This document shows positions 1-12,213 of a DNA stretch of 39,627 nucleotides, piece after piece. Within the stretch, counting starts at the first letter, position 1. Each line of letters starts with the position of its first letter. The position numbers were made by a program, and so were the translations under genes. The DNA lies in NCBI RefSeq assembly GCF_001194135.2, contig NC_068990.1, positions 62,660,107 to 62,699,733 on the forward strand, written 5' to 3'. Origin of the DNA: Octopus bimaculoides. Taxonomy: Eukaryota. Under the pieces are notes generated by a model, which did not search any database, was not told the origin of the DNA, and saw only the letters and a list, made by a program, of their open reading frames with translations.

Positions 1-225
1 CAGAGACCGAATGGTGGCTCTGTTGCCCTGTTGCGCCTCCGCCACCCGAGCCTCTCGCGCGGCTCCAACACCTTCGTTCCTTAGAGCACGCATCCTAGTC
101 CTGACAACGCACCCTTCATGTTTGGCGTTGAAGTGTTGGTCTAGGGCCAACCTCGCTGCCAAAACGTTGGATGCGATGCCACTTCTAATTGCCTCTTCTA
201 GTTTCTTAACTAGTTCACCCTCTAC
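1..225 (-). mobile_element. L1/Tx1-clade LINE ORF2 fragment (endonuclease-RT linker); continues beyond the window start
   Basis: Open minus frame VEGELVKKLEEAIRSGIASNVLAARLALDQHFNAKHEGCVVRTRMRALRNEGVGAAREARVAEAQQGNRATIRSL. It fits the Tx1/L1 linker pattern K.EG..VR.R.R....GE...E.....TI.SL. GC-rich relative to flanks and ends at the (AGAT)n array. Confidence 0.7.
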
Positions 226-227
226 TC

Positions 228-295
<68 letters not shown>
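228..295. repeat. (AGAT)17 microsatellite
   Basis: Perfect tetranucleotide array read directly. Confidence 0.97.
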
Positions 296-445
296 GCAGT
301 ACATATCTGCATACATATATGCGTATGTATGTAATGTAAACATATGCAATATGTCCATCTAGAAATGTTACTAGTCTTTCATAGACATGTATGTATATGT
401 GAATATGTAGGAAGTTATGTCTATTTGTGTAGCTTTGCACACAGT

Positions 446-545
446 TACACACCAGTCAAAAATATCAAGAACGATTTGTGACGACTTTCTCTGCTGTCAA
501 TTCTTCGCTTTTTTTCTCTTATTTTAGCACGATGATTGACATGTG
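446..545 (+). mobile_element. Probable Tc1-like terminal inverted repeat end (orphan)
   Basis: TA followed by CACACCAGTCAAAAATATCAAGAAC resembles Tc1-type termini. No partner end seen. Confidence 0.35.
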
Positions 546-594
546 TTTGTTTATTGTCTCTTCATTTCTCTTACATGATATATCTTGCTCTCAC

Positions 595-625
595 TCACTC
601 TCTCTGTCTCTCTCTCTTTCTCTGA

Positions 626-656
<31 letters not shown>

Positions 657-779
657 TCTTTCTCTCTCTCTCTGTCTCTCTCACTCTCTCTTTCTCTGTC
701 CCTCTCTCGCTCTCTCAATTTCTCTTTTGCACACACACGCTCACTCACTCGCTTAAAATCACACACACACACACACACC
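595..779. repeat. Compound (CT)n/(CA)n microsatellite running into a gap
   Basis: Read directly. Confidence 0.95.
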
Positions 780-2419
780 NNNNNNNNNNNNNNNNNNNNN
801 NNNNNNNNNNNNNNNNNNNNNNNNNNNNNNNNNNNNNNNNNNNNNNNNNNNNNNNNNNNNNNNNNNNNNNNNNNNNNNNNNNNNNNNNNNNNNNNNNNNN
901 NNNNNNNNNNNNNNNNNNNNNNNNNNNNNNNNNNNNNNNNNNNNNNNNNNNNNNNNNNNNNNNNNNNNNNNNNNNNNNNNNNNNNNNNNNNNNNNNNNNN
1001 NNNNNNNNNNNNNNNNNNNNNNNNNNNNNNNNNNNNNNNNNNNNNNNNNNNNNNNNNNNNNNNNNNNNNNNNNNNNNNNNNNNNNNNNNNNNNNNNNNNN
1101 NNNNNNNNNNNNNNNNNNNNNNNNNNNNNNNNNNNNNNNNNNNNNNNNNNNNNNNNNNNNNNNNNNNNNNNNNNNNNNNNNNNNNNNNNNNNNNNNNNNN
1201 NNNNNNNNNNNNNNNNNNNNNNNNNNNNNNNNNNNNNNNNNNNNNNNNNNNNNNNNNNNNNNNNNNNNNNNNNNNNNNNNNNNNNNNNNNNNNNNNNNNN
1301 NNNNNNNNNNNNNNNNNNNNNNNNNNNTATATGTACATACATATATGCCCATATGTAAAGGAATATGTATGCGCGTATGGTATGCTTGTGCATTTCATAC
1401 ACACACAAACACACACACACGTACACACATATAGAAGCATAACCATGCACATATGTATTTGCGTATGTAGTTAATATGTTTCTATGTAAGTATACACGGA
1501 TGGAAGGATCGATAGGTATGTACATAAGTGTGCGTATACGCACCTCCATGTTACGGCATCTCTCTCAATGTCTATAAAATACATATTGACCAATGAAATT
1601 TCATTACTATATATCATATTGATTTGTTTAACTCCCTCAAGCAAAAGAAACTGCAGGAATAAAGTGGTGAGAATGCCAAGTGGTGTCGCTCAAGCCTTAT
1701 TCAAGATCCTTTGGGAGTACTTGAAGTGGCGTTCGGAAATCGAATCCTTATTGCAGAAACAAATTTTCTCTGTCGCAAGAAGAATATATATATTACCTAC
1801 GATTTAGTTATGCACTAAATCCTGTGAGCTTACGTGGTCCTTTGTAACTTTAGTGTGTTGTAGAATTATCATTTTCTACGAACGACGAAACAAATGTGTT
1901 CTATTTGAATTCAATAACTATTATGCCCAGTTTTCCCCTCTCAATCATTTGATTTGTGTGTGTGTGTGTGTGCGTGTGTGTTTGAGTGTATGCATGTATG
2001 TATATGTGTATGTATGTGTTAATAATTTTCTGTTGACTAGTCAATAAGGTGAAACTTGAAGTCCTATTCAGCCCAAAGTTTTACATACACTCGACCCTAC
2101 TACATAAACTGATCTCATCAACAATAAATAATATTTCTTTTACAAATTGATGAACAGCTTTAAACACTACTTCCCTACACACATATAAGTATTTATGTGT
2201 GTGGGTNNNNNNNNNNNNNNNNNNNNNNNNNNNNNNNNNNNNNNNNNNNNNNNNNNNNNNNNNNNNNNNNNNNNNNNNNNNNNNNNNNNNNNNNNNNNNN
2301 NNNNNNNNNNNNNNNNNNNNNNNNATATATATATATATATATATAGGGGGAAGAGGTTTTCAAAATGCAGAGGTCTTTTAAAGATGTTTATTGACTTGAC
2401 CGGTTTGACTTTTTTTTTT

Positions 2420-2960
2420 TAATTTTCAAAAGTAAAATGTAAGGCTTTGTGTAACCTTTGCGGTGTTAAAAAATAGTTAACATAGATGTATTAAAATACA
2501 GTGATAGAGTCTTTGACAATGATAAGAAAATGTTGAGAAATAGAATCTTTGACAATGATAATATTAAGAGGGGTTTTGTGTTTAAACAGTTTACATAAAA
2601 GTGTTCAAAATGGGTAGTAAATAAATTCAAAATTATTTATAAGTTCATCAAAATTCATGATTGTATATAAACATATATACAGAGAGAATTTGAAGACAGT
2701 ATTTTATAGGAGAAAGCGTGTATTGCTTAGTCAAAACTTCATCGGAAATCGTATTTAAATATTTATACAGGATTTTAAGGGATGACCAATTTTTTTCTTC
2801 ATCTCCAGTCTTCTATGTGTGTTTAGCAAGGATGGTTGCTATTTTTAGAAATAGTGTCGGCGGTTGGTTGGTGAGGAAAAGCATTCATATGATCTGATTT
2901 CGAATAGTTTGTGGAATCAAAAGTTTTTTTTTTTTCGTTTCTGGGTTAGTGAGTCATGAT
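2420..2960 (-). mobile_element. Possible highly decayed L1-like ORF2 3' region
   Basis: A/C-rich minus strand with fragmentary resemblance to the L1 C-terminal region and many stops. Contains a small duplication TCTTTGACAATGATAA x2. Confidence 0.25.
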
Positions 2961-2974
2961 TCGGTTGTTTTAGA

Positions 2975-3571
2975 CTGGTCTTAGAGTTTAAGATAGTGTG
3001 AGAATGTGCGTGTTTTTGTGTGTGTGTGTGTGTATGTGTGTGTGTGTGCATGGTTCTGTGTGTGTGTATATATATGTGTTTGGGTATGTGTGTGGGATTT
3101 TTTTTTACTGGTCTTAGAGTTTAGGGTGATGTGTGTATGGGTTGGTATATGTGTGTGTTTTATATTTACCAGGGTGGTGAGTGTATATGTGTGCACATTT
3201 GTGTGTGTATGCATGTCTGTGAATTGTATTTGTCAGGGTGCTGTGTGTGTGCGCGTGTGTATGTGTTTGTGTATATGTGTTTGTGTATATGTGCTTGTGC
3301 GTGTGTGTGTGTATGAGTACGTCTCTGAGTGTGTGCGTGTGTATGTTTGTGTGTGTCTCTCTGCGTATGTTTGGAGTGTTATAATTGTCCGAGTGGAGTG
3401 TAGATGTGTGTGTGCATACGCATGTGTGTGGGAGTGCATATGTATGTATGTGTGCGAGTGTGTATGTATGTGCGTGTGCGTGCGTATACTACTGTGCGTG
3501 TTTCTAGTGAGTATGCATTTGTGTGTTTGTGTATATGTGGGTGTGGTTTATGTAGTTTTCGAGTCTGTGTG

Positions 3572-3611
<40 letters not shown>

Positions 3612-4130
3612 ATATTTGTTGTAGCGAAGTATGTGTGTACGTGTGGGTGTGTTTGTGTGAATGTGTCTTGTATTTGTCAGGGTGGTATGTGTTATTGTGT
3701 GCGTGTACGTGCTTGTGTGTGTATGTCTGTGAGTGTTTGTTGATATTGTGGGAATTGTATTGCGTGTGTATATGTGTGTTTTTCTTTGAGTGTAGTGTGT
3801 TTTTTTACTTGGGAATTGGCATATTGTGTTTGTGTGCGCGTACGTATGTGTGTATAGATGCGTGTGTGGAGTGGGTGGGTTGTGTTGTATTTGTGTGTGT
3901 TTGTGTGTGCATCTGTGAATGTGTGCGTGTGTTTATGTGAGTGTGTCTTGTAATTGTCAGGGCAGTGTAAGTGTGTGCATGTACGTGCTTATGTATATGT
4001 GTATATGTGTGTGTGTCTGTGAGTGTTTGTTGCGATTGCTAGAAGCGTGTGTGTATGTTTTTTTTCCTGGAATGCGTGTATATTTGTACTCGAGAATGGG
4101 GATATTGTGTTCGTGCGTGTGTGTATATAT
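2975..4130. repeat. Degenerate GT-rich array with a ~280-bp higher-order unit
   Basis: Recurring non-GT anchors, e.g. GTCTTGTA(T/A)TTGTCAGGG at 3665 and 3945, and GTCTGTGAGTGTTTGTTG at 3725 and 4015. Confidence 0.8.
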
Positions 4131-4134
4131 ATTC

Positions 4135-4368
4135 AAAACTTTAATCAACAGTGTCAACAACCATATCCAATTTACAATGGAATACAGTTAAGACCAACTC
4201 CTTTTCTAGATATTCTTATTATTAATAAAAAAAAAGGCACCAACATTGAAAGTGAGATCTACTACAACCCGACTGATTCTAAACAATACCTCCTCTTCAC
4301 CTCCAATCACCCAAAGCACACGAAGACAAACATCCCCTTCAATCTAGCGATAAGAATCTGTACAATTC
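4135..4368 (+). mobile_element. Penelope-like element RT C-terminal fragment
   Basis: LINSVNNHIQFTMEYS* then, after a frameshift, PFLDILIINKKKGTNIESEIYYNPTDSKQYLLFTSNHPKHTKTNIPFNLAIRICTI. These are the typical PLE motifs I.FTME, PFLD, Y.KPT, HP..K.NIP. Confidence 0.9.
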
Positions 4369-4632
4369 CACTCACAAGGCTTTGGTCGGCCCGAAGTTCA
4401 TATATATAAATGAATATATGTGTATGCACGTGCGTCTGTGTTTGTCTCCTACCACTACTTGAAAAGCTTTGTTGTTGCTTTTTTTACGTTCCCGTAACAT
4501 AGCGGTTCAAGAAAAGAGATCAATGGAATAAGTACCGTGTTTAACAAAAAATGAGAACTGGGAGCGATTCATTCGACTAAAAATCCTTCAAGGTGGTGTC
4601 CCAGCATGGCTGCAGTCTAATAAGCGAAAGAC
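4365..4632 (+). mobile_element. SINE family A (long, CORE-like, internal microsatellite): 3' half with an inverted upstream piece
   Basis: 4410-4632 matches the 3' half of the copies at 22862, 27120 and 38185 (CCAGCATGGCTGCAGTC tail). 4365-4396 matches an upstream family-A segment in the opposite orientation. Confidence 0.75.
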
Positions 4633-4717
4633 ATACATGTTCAGTAATACATAAAGTATTCCTGTTCTCCTATACATACATACGTTTAAGCATAAGGAAT
4701 ATCAACTGCAAACATAG

Positions 4718-4945
4718 AAAAGGTAAAGGTAAAGGTAAAGCTTTCATGCCATATATATTCCCTGCCTGGATGGGACGCCCGCCTGTCGCAGGGTTACTCA
4801 TTTTTGCCAGCTGAGTGGACTGGAGCAACACGAAATGATGTGTTTTGCCCAAGAAAACAACGCTCCTCCAGGTTCAGGAAACGAAACCACAGTCTTACGA
4901 TCATGAGTCCAAATACTCTAACCACTAAACCACGTGCCTCCCCTC
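4718..4945 (-). mobile_element. SINE family D (tRNA head plus CORE-like domain), (ACCTTT)n tail
   Basis: Plus strand shows GAGTGGACTGGAGCAAC...GTGTTTTGCCCAAGAAAACAAC and a tRNA-like end CTAACCACTAAACCACG. Head and core are shared with 16640-16962. Confidence 0.75.
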
Positions 4946-5200
4946 AAACATAACAACCCTCTGACAAAAAAAAAATAGAAGAACGTAGTTACAGCGCTTA
5001 GCCGTCGTTTAGATGGGACATTTCTTTGAAAATCGGTGAAAAAGATATTCATGGATAAATGCTTGAGAATCTACAGATACTCTAACCCTGTGATTCGCAA
5101 CTATTTTTACCTCTGGATCCCCTTAATTCCTATTTTACTCGGGTGAAGCCTCAAAGCCATCCAATACTTGAAAAAATCCCATTATATTTTTACGATTAAA

Positions 5201-5332
5201 TATTATTTTCTACTCTAGGCGCAAAGCCCGAAATTTTTTGGGAAGGGAACCAGTCTATTAGATCGACTCCAGTACGCAACTGGTACTTAATTTATCGACG
5301 CCAAAATGATGAAAGGCAAAGTCGACCTCGGC
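5201..5332 (-). mobile_element. SINE family B, 3' half
   Basis: Reverse complement of CCGAGGTCGACTTTGCCTTTCATC...GTCGATAAATTAAGTACCAG as seen at 35144 and 35377. Confidence 0.85.
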
Positions 5333-5446
5333 AGTTATAATTAAATATTAATAGAAATTGTATAGAAAAATTGTTAAAACATTTTGTACATTGTAGACGC
5401 ATAGCCAATTTATTGCGCATAAACATTAGCAGCAAAGCTTTATATG

Positions 5447-5491
5447 ATCCGCCATGGGCCATAAGGGCCCCAATTGTGAACCACTACTCTA
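5447..5491 (-). mobile_element. Possible hAT/Charlie-like terminus (orphan)
   Basis: Minus strand TAGAGTAGTGGTTCACAATTGGGGCCC resembles the TAGAGCAGTGGTTCTCAA type of end. No partner found. Confidence 0.3.
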
Positions 5492-6440
5492 ACCAGATAA
5501 TACTAAAATTTCTACTTGCAAATGTCTAATAAAATCAGGCCGTTTTCAGGCAAAGAAAGCAACTAAATAGCACGCATTTTATCAAATACAGTTTGTAAGC
5601 TAAGCAGTTAAAAGTTCTAGTGTTGCATTTATGTATCCTACGTTGCTGTTATGTAACTTAAATCGATGAAACTTTGTTTCTTTATGAGAAGCCAACCCTT
5701 TCTTCGTAGGAAGAATACAAATAATCAAAAATGAAAGATAATACGCACATAAATATGCATGCAGTGATGCATTTCTGTACAGCCTAAAACAACGCTGCAA
5801 CTCACTTTGGTCAGTGTGTGAAGCTGCACATACAAGTGCAGACATTGATACAGTTTTGCAATCAAACAATATCTTGTTCTATATTATGAAATGCACATGT
5901 CTGTCTTGATGATTATAGGTATTCGTGAATACTAGAGATATCTTATGAATGAAAAGAAAAGAGAACAGGATCAGAGTTTGAAAGAGTGCGAGTGATATGG
6001 AGTGAAAAATGAAGGAACCGATACATGAAAGTTAGAGAGTAGGAGAAAGAGTGTGTGTGTGCACGCACGTTCGTGTTTGGGTGTGTGTGAATGTGAGTGT
6101 GTTTATGTATGTATGTATGTATGTATGTATGCATGTACAGATTGACAGAGAGAAAGAGAAAGAGATAAAGTGAATCGAAGAGAATAGAATAAATTGAGAA
6201 TCGTTGAAAGGGAGAAGGAAGTAGGCAGAAGTAGAGAAGGAGAGAGTAAGAAAAGAATGAAAAGAGATGAAGAGTGAGAGAGGGGGGAGGGAGGGAGGGA
6301 GAAGAAAGTAAGATTTATATGTATTTAAAAGTAGAAGAGAGAATATAGTAAAGGAAAAGGCAATTTCGTGAGAGACATACAGACATAAGAAGTGTTCGGT
6401 AGAAATAATGGTTTTGTACTGTTGCTAGTGCTGAACTTAC

Positions 6441-6527
6441 TGCAGTTGTCACAACAATTACGCCAAAAGCAGTCTGTGTTTCTGCCTCACTGCTCACGAC
6501 ACAAAGACGATCCGTTATTGAAATGGT
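6441..6527 (-). CDS. Candidate 87-nt exon of an unidentified gene
   Basis: Acceptor CCTTCTAGTTGCAG and donor GCA|GTAAGT. Phase-0 frame is open (TISITDRLCVVSSEAETQTAFGVIVVTTA). No family recognised. Confidence 0.2.
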
Positions 6528-8140
6528 CTGCAACTAGAAGGAAGCCTACCATCAAAAAGGTGTAATGCGTAATGGTGACAACTATTTCTACTATTGCTGC
6601 TTTCTTTTTGTTATTTTTAATTTGTGTTTTCATATGAGTTTTTGTTAGATTTATGTATTTATTTTTCTGCTACGTTTATTTGGAAAATCATAAAACCAAA
6701 ATAAGAAATGATGAAAGGAAACTAAATAAAATCTAGAATTTTCTTGTGAAATATGAAGAAAAGGAAAAAAAAAGTAAGGCCAGATTGTGTTTTGAATATA
6801 TGAACAGCGTCAATTAAGTATATGAGAAAGACATGTTGATAGTTCCTCTATATAAAATCACCATCAACACCACTTGTTGTGAAAGTAGCTGATACTATAT
6901 TAGCAGACACTATACCATTACGATTTGATTGTTTTATATCTAACAGGCAGGTAAACAGAAATAAAAATACTGAAACCATTGAATTGTGCAAGACTAGATC
7001 TCATCAGGAAAAATTCCTGGCAGAAAATCGTTTCACCTTTCTTTCACATTCTGAGAGAAAGACTGAAGTAAAGTTCAATGAAAAAATAAGGAACGAAGCA
7101 ATTGTAGAATAGAAATTCTTCATTTCGAACTCAAAATAAATGCTTAGCATGAATGCAGATTAAGAGGTTGGCAGGACTCCATTGTGCCATTTAGATTCAT
7201 CCTTCTTGATTGCAAGTTCCAATACCATTTACGACGACTTTACTTTTCGCCCCTCTAGGATCGATTAGTGTAATACTGGAGTATGAGAGACATAGACAAG
7301 CAAGTTGACATGTTGCAAGATAAATACACATCAGATCGGACGCTCCTAACATGCCAGCGTCTCTACTTTGTACCAAGGTCCAAGCTAAGTATAACATGTA
7401 CGCTTGAAAGACAACGGAGGCACAGTGTAGTTAACGACTGCTTCGTTGGCTTGCAGTACTAACTTTAGTTGTTCATGTAGAAATAGTTATAAACAATAGA
7501 CTGGTGTCCTTTCTAGAAGAACAACTTTTTAATTACTTAATCCTATGGAAACCAGCATGGACTATCTGCAGTCTGGAACTCTGTGATTCAGAAATAATTG
7601 CTTTGGTTATCATCCAAAGAATTTTGCGTTTCGAATGAACAGGAGGAAAGTGAAACGGGGTAAAATATATCGCAAAGTATTATAATTTAAATAAAATATG
7701 TAATGTAAAGGAGGGTTTGATCAGTTTCGTAATTTCAACGTTAAATATGGTGAATAGTTCGACATTTGCAGGATGAGCAAGCAAGGGTTACAATTCATAC
7801 ACATCATCAGCTAAAGTACCATTTCTGCCCTACGTTAATTAGGTTACTAGGTAGAAATGTACATTAAAGACACTGAGTGGCACCGGTAAATGAAATTAAA
7901 CGATAACTGTAAAGGAACACTGAGCATATATTTAACAGATTACGTAAATTACGTAGTTCTTCTGTTGACGCAATTAAATGCCATGGAAAAACATACAAAT
8001 ACAATCGATTCGTTTTTGCCTAGAGATTTTGAGCTCTTTAATGATTATTCAAACGTTAAGGATTAACGTTAAGATTTGCCAGCCTTTGCCGAAGCCATTT
8101 TGGTTGTCTTAGGATGAGGTTAATAGGAAGAGAATCTATC

Positions 8141-8260
8141 AGAGAGAGAGAGAGAGAGAGAGTGGGAGAGAGAGAGACAGATAGACAGAGAAAGAGAGAG
8201 AGAAAGAGAGAAAGAAAGATAAAGAGAGAAAGAAAGACAGAAAGAGAAAGAGAGAGAGAA
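8141..8260. repeat. (GA)n-rich purine tract
   Basis: Read directly. Confidence 0.9.
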
Positions 8261-8261
8261 T

Positions 8262-9140
8262 TGTTTGTATTTTAAAGTGGAGATGATAGCGTAATTCCTG
8301 TATAGTTTGAGGCAACTAAAGATCACCTTTCTTCGGAAATGGAATAATTAAAAGCTTTAAGAAGGCTGATGGTTCGTTTCCTTCGTAGACCACTTTACAG
8401 ATACTCAACGGATGTATGTAGAAGAGTGGACTTCTCCAAAAGATCCTTGGAATGTGATCTGAACCAGGAGTCTAGTTGCTTCTTAAACGTTTTAATCATT
8501 ATAAATAGGCCAGTTTGGATTTACAAGATAACTGCTACTTTGTGGTTGAAACAGGCTTGTAGTCATGTTTAGCATTGCTTAGTTCTCTTTTACAGAAAAC
8601 TAGGCACTGGTAAACAGTTTCCTCCCTCAATGCAGATCAGTGGGGAAGCTCTGCTGTTGGTGGTTCCCTAAGAGCTGTTAAGACGACAGCATGCTTATTT
8701 TCACAGTGAAGATGGTCCTATTCTTCAGTTTGGGATTTGTTGTGTACTTCCAGTGCTTCAATATGCGCGACTTTAGACGCGGATAGATGTTACCAAACTG
8801 CTTTCCTCAAGTTGTCTTCAGTCTATCTCACAAGAAACTCAGGTGAACGTTGTCTTTCCTTCCTTAGTGGGGCAATTTATGTGTTATATCTCTGCTGGCA
8901 GTGATTGGGTTCAGTTATATGGTTGCTGCAATTTCAGTGCAATTTCTCTGTTGAAAATAGGGTGTTATATAAAAACTGCTATTCTTGTTCTTAAGTCTGT
9001 TGCAAAGACTGATGAATTTATTTCGAATTACAACTGTAAATTCCATGCATATTTAGCATATTTATCTAATTTCCTTAATATGGTGTCTCGCTGGTACTTA
9101 GTCCTTGTTGTCACTTAGAGAGCATTTGCATCAAAAAATT
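8262..9140 (-). mobile_element. RTE-clade LINE, inverted 5' segment (linker plus start of RT)
   Basis: Minus strand reads EFTVVIRNKFISL near 9020, then TPGSDHIPRIFWRSP...LIIPFPKKGDL*, and after a frameshift NYTGITLSS near 8290. This is the RT N-terminal motif IIP.PKKGDL...NYRGITL. Confidence 0.8.
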
Positions 9141-9164
9141 CTGCAATCAGATGTAATATATACA

Positions 9165-9760
9165 TATTCTGTTGAACTTCAGTAACCCAGGTGAGATTGT
9201 CAAAGCCATCAACATCATGTACGAAAATCCCTCAGGCTTTGTACAAAGCACACACGTTTCAACTAAAGCGCTTCCAACAACAGCAACAGCAATCCTTCAG
9301 AGACACATTATCTCATTTACTTTGTGTGATTGTAATAGACTACATCCTTGGGCAACGTCTCAAGGCTGTCCAGCGCAAAGCCTTCTTATCAAGCAAAAGC
9401 AATCAAGACGTTAGCAGATCCTGTATCTCTGACTTTCATTATGCCGGTGATATTGCATTAACGAGTCAGCAAGTGAGAGATTCATAAGATTTATTAATAT
9501 CCTCTGAGAATGATGCCGCCCGCTTCTCAATGTAAAGATGTCTGAGTACATGACCATAAACGAGGATAAAAGACACCTATCAATTGTTTTTCAGCGCAGG
9601 CACACAACTTAGGGGGATCAGAGACGTCGAGTACTTTAGGTCCTATGTTGTATAAAGTAAAAAAGACTTACTGACACGCAGGGGACTTCGAGCAATGAAC
9701 AATTTTCATGAAAACAATGATATAATTTGTCGACTTTGAACTTATTGCTAAGCTGTATGA
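9165..9760 (+). mobile_element. RTE-clade LINE RT core (decayed)
   Basis: GEIVKAINIMYEN, LCVIVIDYIL, KQKQSRR and SDFHYAGDIAL (YADD decayed, 9437-9460), with frameshifts. Confidence 0.85.
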
Positions 9761-9769
9761 TAAACAACA

Positions 9770-10128
9770 GTACCACCACCACCATCGCCACTACATCTGC
9801 CATATACACACCATTCAGACTTCTGACGCCACCGCCATCAAGACATTTGACTTCGCTGCCTTCCCTTCCATCACCATCACCGCTCTCTTTCACATCGCTT
9901 ACTCTCACTTCGTCCCTCAGCATGTTAGTTCAGTGTTCAGTCCCTCTTTCTCTCATATACCCACTCTTTCTCTCTCTCTTATTATTACTCTCATTGTCAC
10001 CTTCAACACTGTTACTTTTAATAAAGACATCATCAACTCTCCCTAAATTTCTTTGTCTCTCTTTCTCTCCCTCTCTTTTCTTTCTCAGTATCTCTGTTAC
10101 TCTCTCTCTCTTTCTCTCTCTCTCTCTT

Positions 10129-10189
<61 letters not shown>

Positions 10190-10215
10190 TCGCCACCGCC
10201 ATCACCGAGCAATAG
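9770..10215. repeat. Low-complexity (ACC)n and (CT)n block interrupting the RTE
   Basis: Read directly. It explains the S/L-rich ORF 9727-10215. Confidence 0.8.
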
Positions 10216-10309
10216 TAGGAGTGTCAATGAATAGTGAGAGAGGCGGTCGAAGTGTGACACACTGACACGCAGAAATTAGATTCCGCATATGTTATATTAG
10301 AAGTATTTC

Positions 10310-10750
10310 AAAATCAACTTAGGGTTGAGGTCGACGTTTTCTAGAGTGTTTAGAGAGAGGCTTTTTCTCTGTAGAAATGACATAGGAAATACGAAAAAAG
10401 ATGTTTCAAGATCGCCTCGGTGATGTGAAGTATTTGCTTTCTCTAGACGACTCAAAAAACACCATGGAGTTAGCACAAGAGCAGTTAAAATGTTTATAGA
10501 TATTCCACCCATTTTTACTATTGTTACTAAACGAAGAGTAGATTTTGCTGGTTACCTGTATTACACTGAGCAACAGGCCTTATCAGCTGTAATATTTTGG
10601 AAACTTCCGCAATCTAATAGTGAATGGATATCATTTAACAACATTGTTGTTATTGACAGAGACACGCAACAAGAAATTGAGAAGCTACCAAAGTTAATAA
10701 CATGGCTTCATTATTATAATATCCAAAAACATTCAAGGGCTTGAATAAAT
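10310..10750 (+). mobile_element. RTE-clade LINE C-terminal segment (probable continuation of 9165-9760)
   Basis: IDIPPIFTIVTKRRVDFAGYLYYTEQQALSAVIFWKLP...IDRDTQQEIEKLP fits the RTE end D.P.I...RR..FAGH..R......I.W.P...DT...EL. Confidence 0.75.
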
Positions 10751-12159
10751 GGAATATTTTAAACAATAAACTACGGTTAGAAATTCAAGATCTTTATTGT
10801 ATCCACTCTCTTCTTTATTATTCGTCTTGCCAAGGTGATAAAAAAAAAACTACAACAAGCAAAGGAAGAAATGATTATATTTGCTTTCTCTATTGTTGAT
10901 TACTCTCACTAGGTGAATTAACTGGTGTCCTTAATATACAACGTCAGGGGTTTTTATTAAATGGTGTAATTTAATGTGACAAAATAAATAAGATAAACTG
11001 CACACACGCTTCCCAAACTAAGAACGGCATAGAGGGAATAACAGAGTAAAACACTCCAGTTTGGTTGATTCCTTGCTCACTTATAGGAAAGAAAATGCAT
11101 CTACGAGAAGGCATGATACTAAAGTGAGACAAATTTCAGTTTTTATCAGAAGTAAAAGGGTGCTTGAAAGGAAAGAGAAATTCTACTTAACATAATGAAA
11201 ACGTCAGAATAAAAAGGTAAACTGTTTCTATGTCTTGAAGGAATAAATATTGTGAATGATGACAAAATTCACAGCTTCAAGATTGCTCAGACTAAGGAAG
11301 ATTTATTTTTGCGACTAAAACGGAAGATACTAATGTTAGTCACACAAAAATTGTACAAAAATAAAGAAAACAAATTGAAAGATAACACTCTTGAATCAAA
11401 TGAATGGTGTGGTAAATTAAAAGGAAGTTGATTTGGTATAACATAAAATTTGTAGAAATGACAAACTGATGAGTCTGGGAATGGCATGAGTGAATCATAA
11501 AAAAATAGTATTAACTATACAAAGTTAACCGAAACTTTGGGGAAGCATTGGCTTATGAAATTACAGTTGTAAGTTTTATTGATTTATTTGTATCAACGAA
11601 CCATAAAAAATTAGCCGAATGGTATAAATGGGACAAAAAGTAAGAATTGGTTATATTGATGTTCTCTGAAAACATAAACTGCTGAGAAAGAATATATATA
11701 TAACTGTATTTTATGGGTTCTGAATCGTGTGTGTTTTTGTAACATAAGAGAATAAAATAAATAAATACTGGAAGTACATATGAAAATTAAAGACTTTAGG
11801 TTCATCATATATTGATTTTTATAGACAAAACAAAAACTCCATAAAGGAAATGCTTACAGAAACATAAATTAATATAAAGTGAACAAAAATTAAAGCATAT
11901 TTTATGCAAGGGACAAAGTCGTGTTTTTATAACTGGATGTATATAAAATACAACAGAATCTTCTGCGGCTGTAAAGTAAATAAAACTTATTCGAATTGAA
12001 ATTGCTTCTGTATGCCCTCTAGAAGAAATACTACAAGTGTGAATATTACTTTGACATATCTATGAATTTAAATTTTCTTGTTACTAAGAGTTAACCGACA
12101 GTTTATTTCGTCAACATTTTTAGATTTAACCGAAGCAACTTAAGGCACATATACATATG

Positions 12160-12213
<54 letters not shown>

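Noticed and set aside
1630-1810. GC-richer island with several short open frames
   Set aside because: No consistent splice pair and no recognisable motif. May be an unrecognised repeat.
3006-3940. Cys/Val-rich ORFs of 245 and 178 aa
   Set aside because: Translations of degenerate (GT)n; no stop codons are expected in such arrays.
8707-8842. Plus-strand segment with good acceptor and donor signals
   Set aside because: All three frames contain stops, and it lies in the antisense of the RTE relic.
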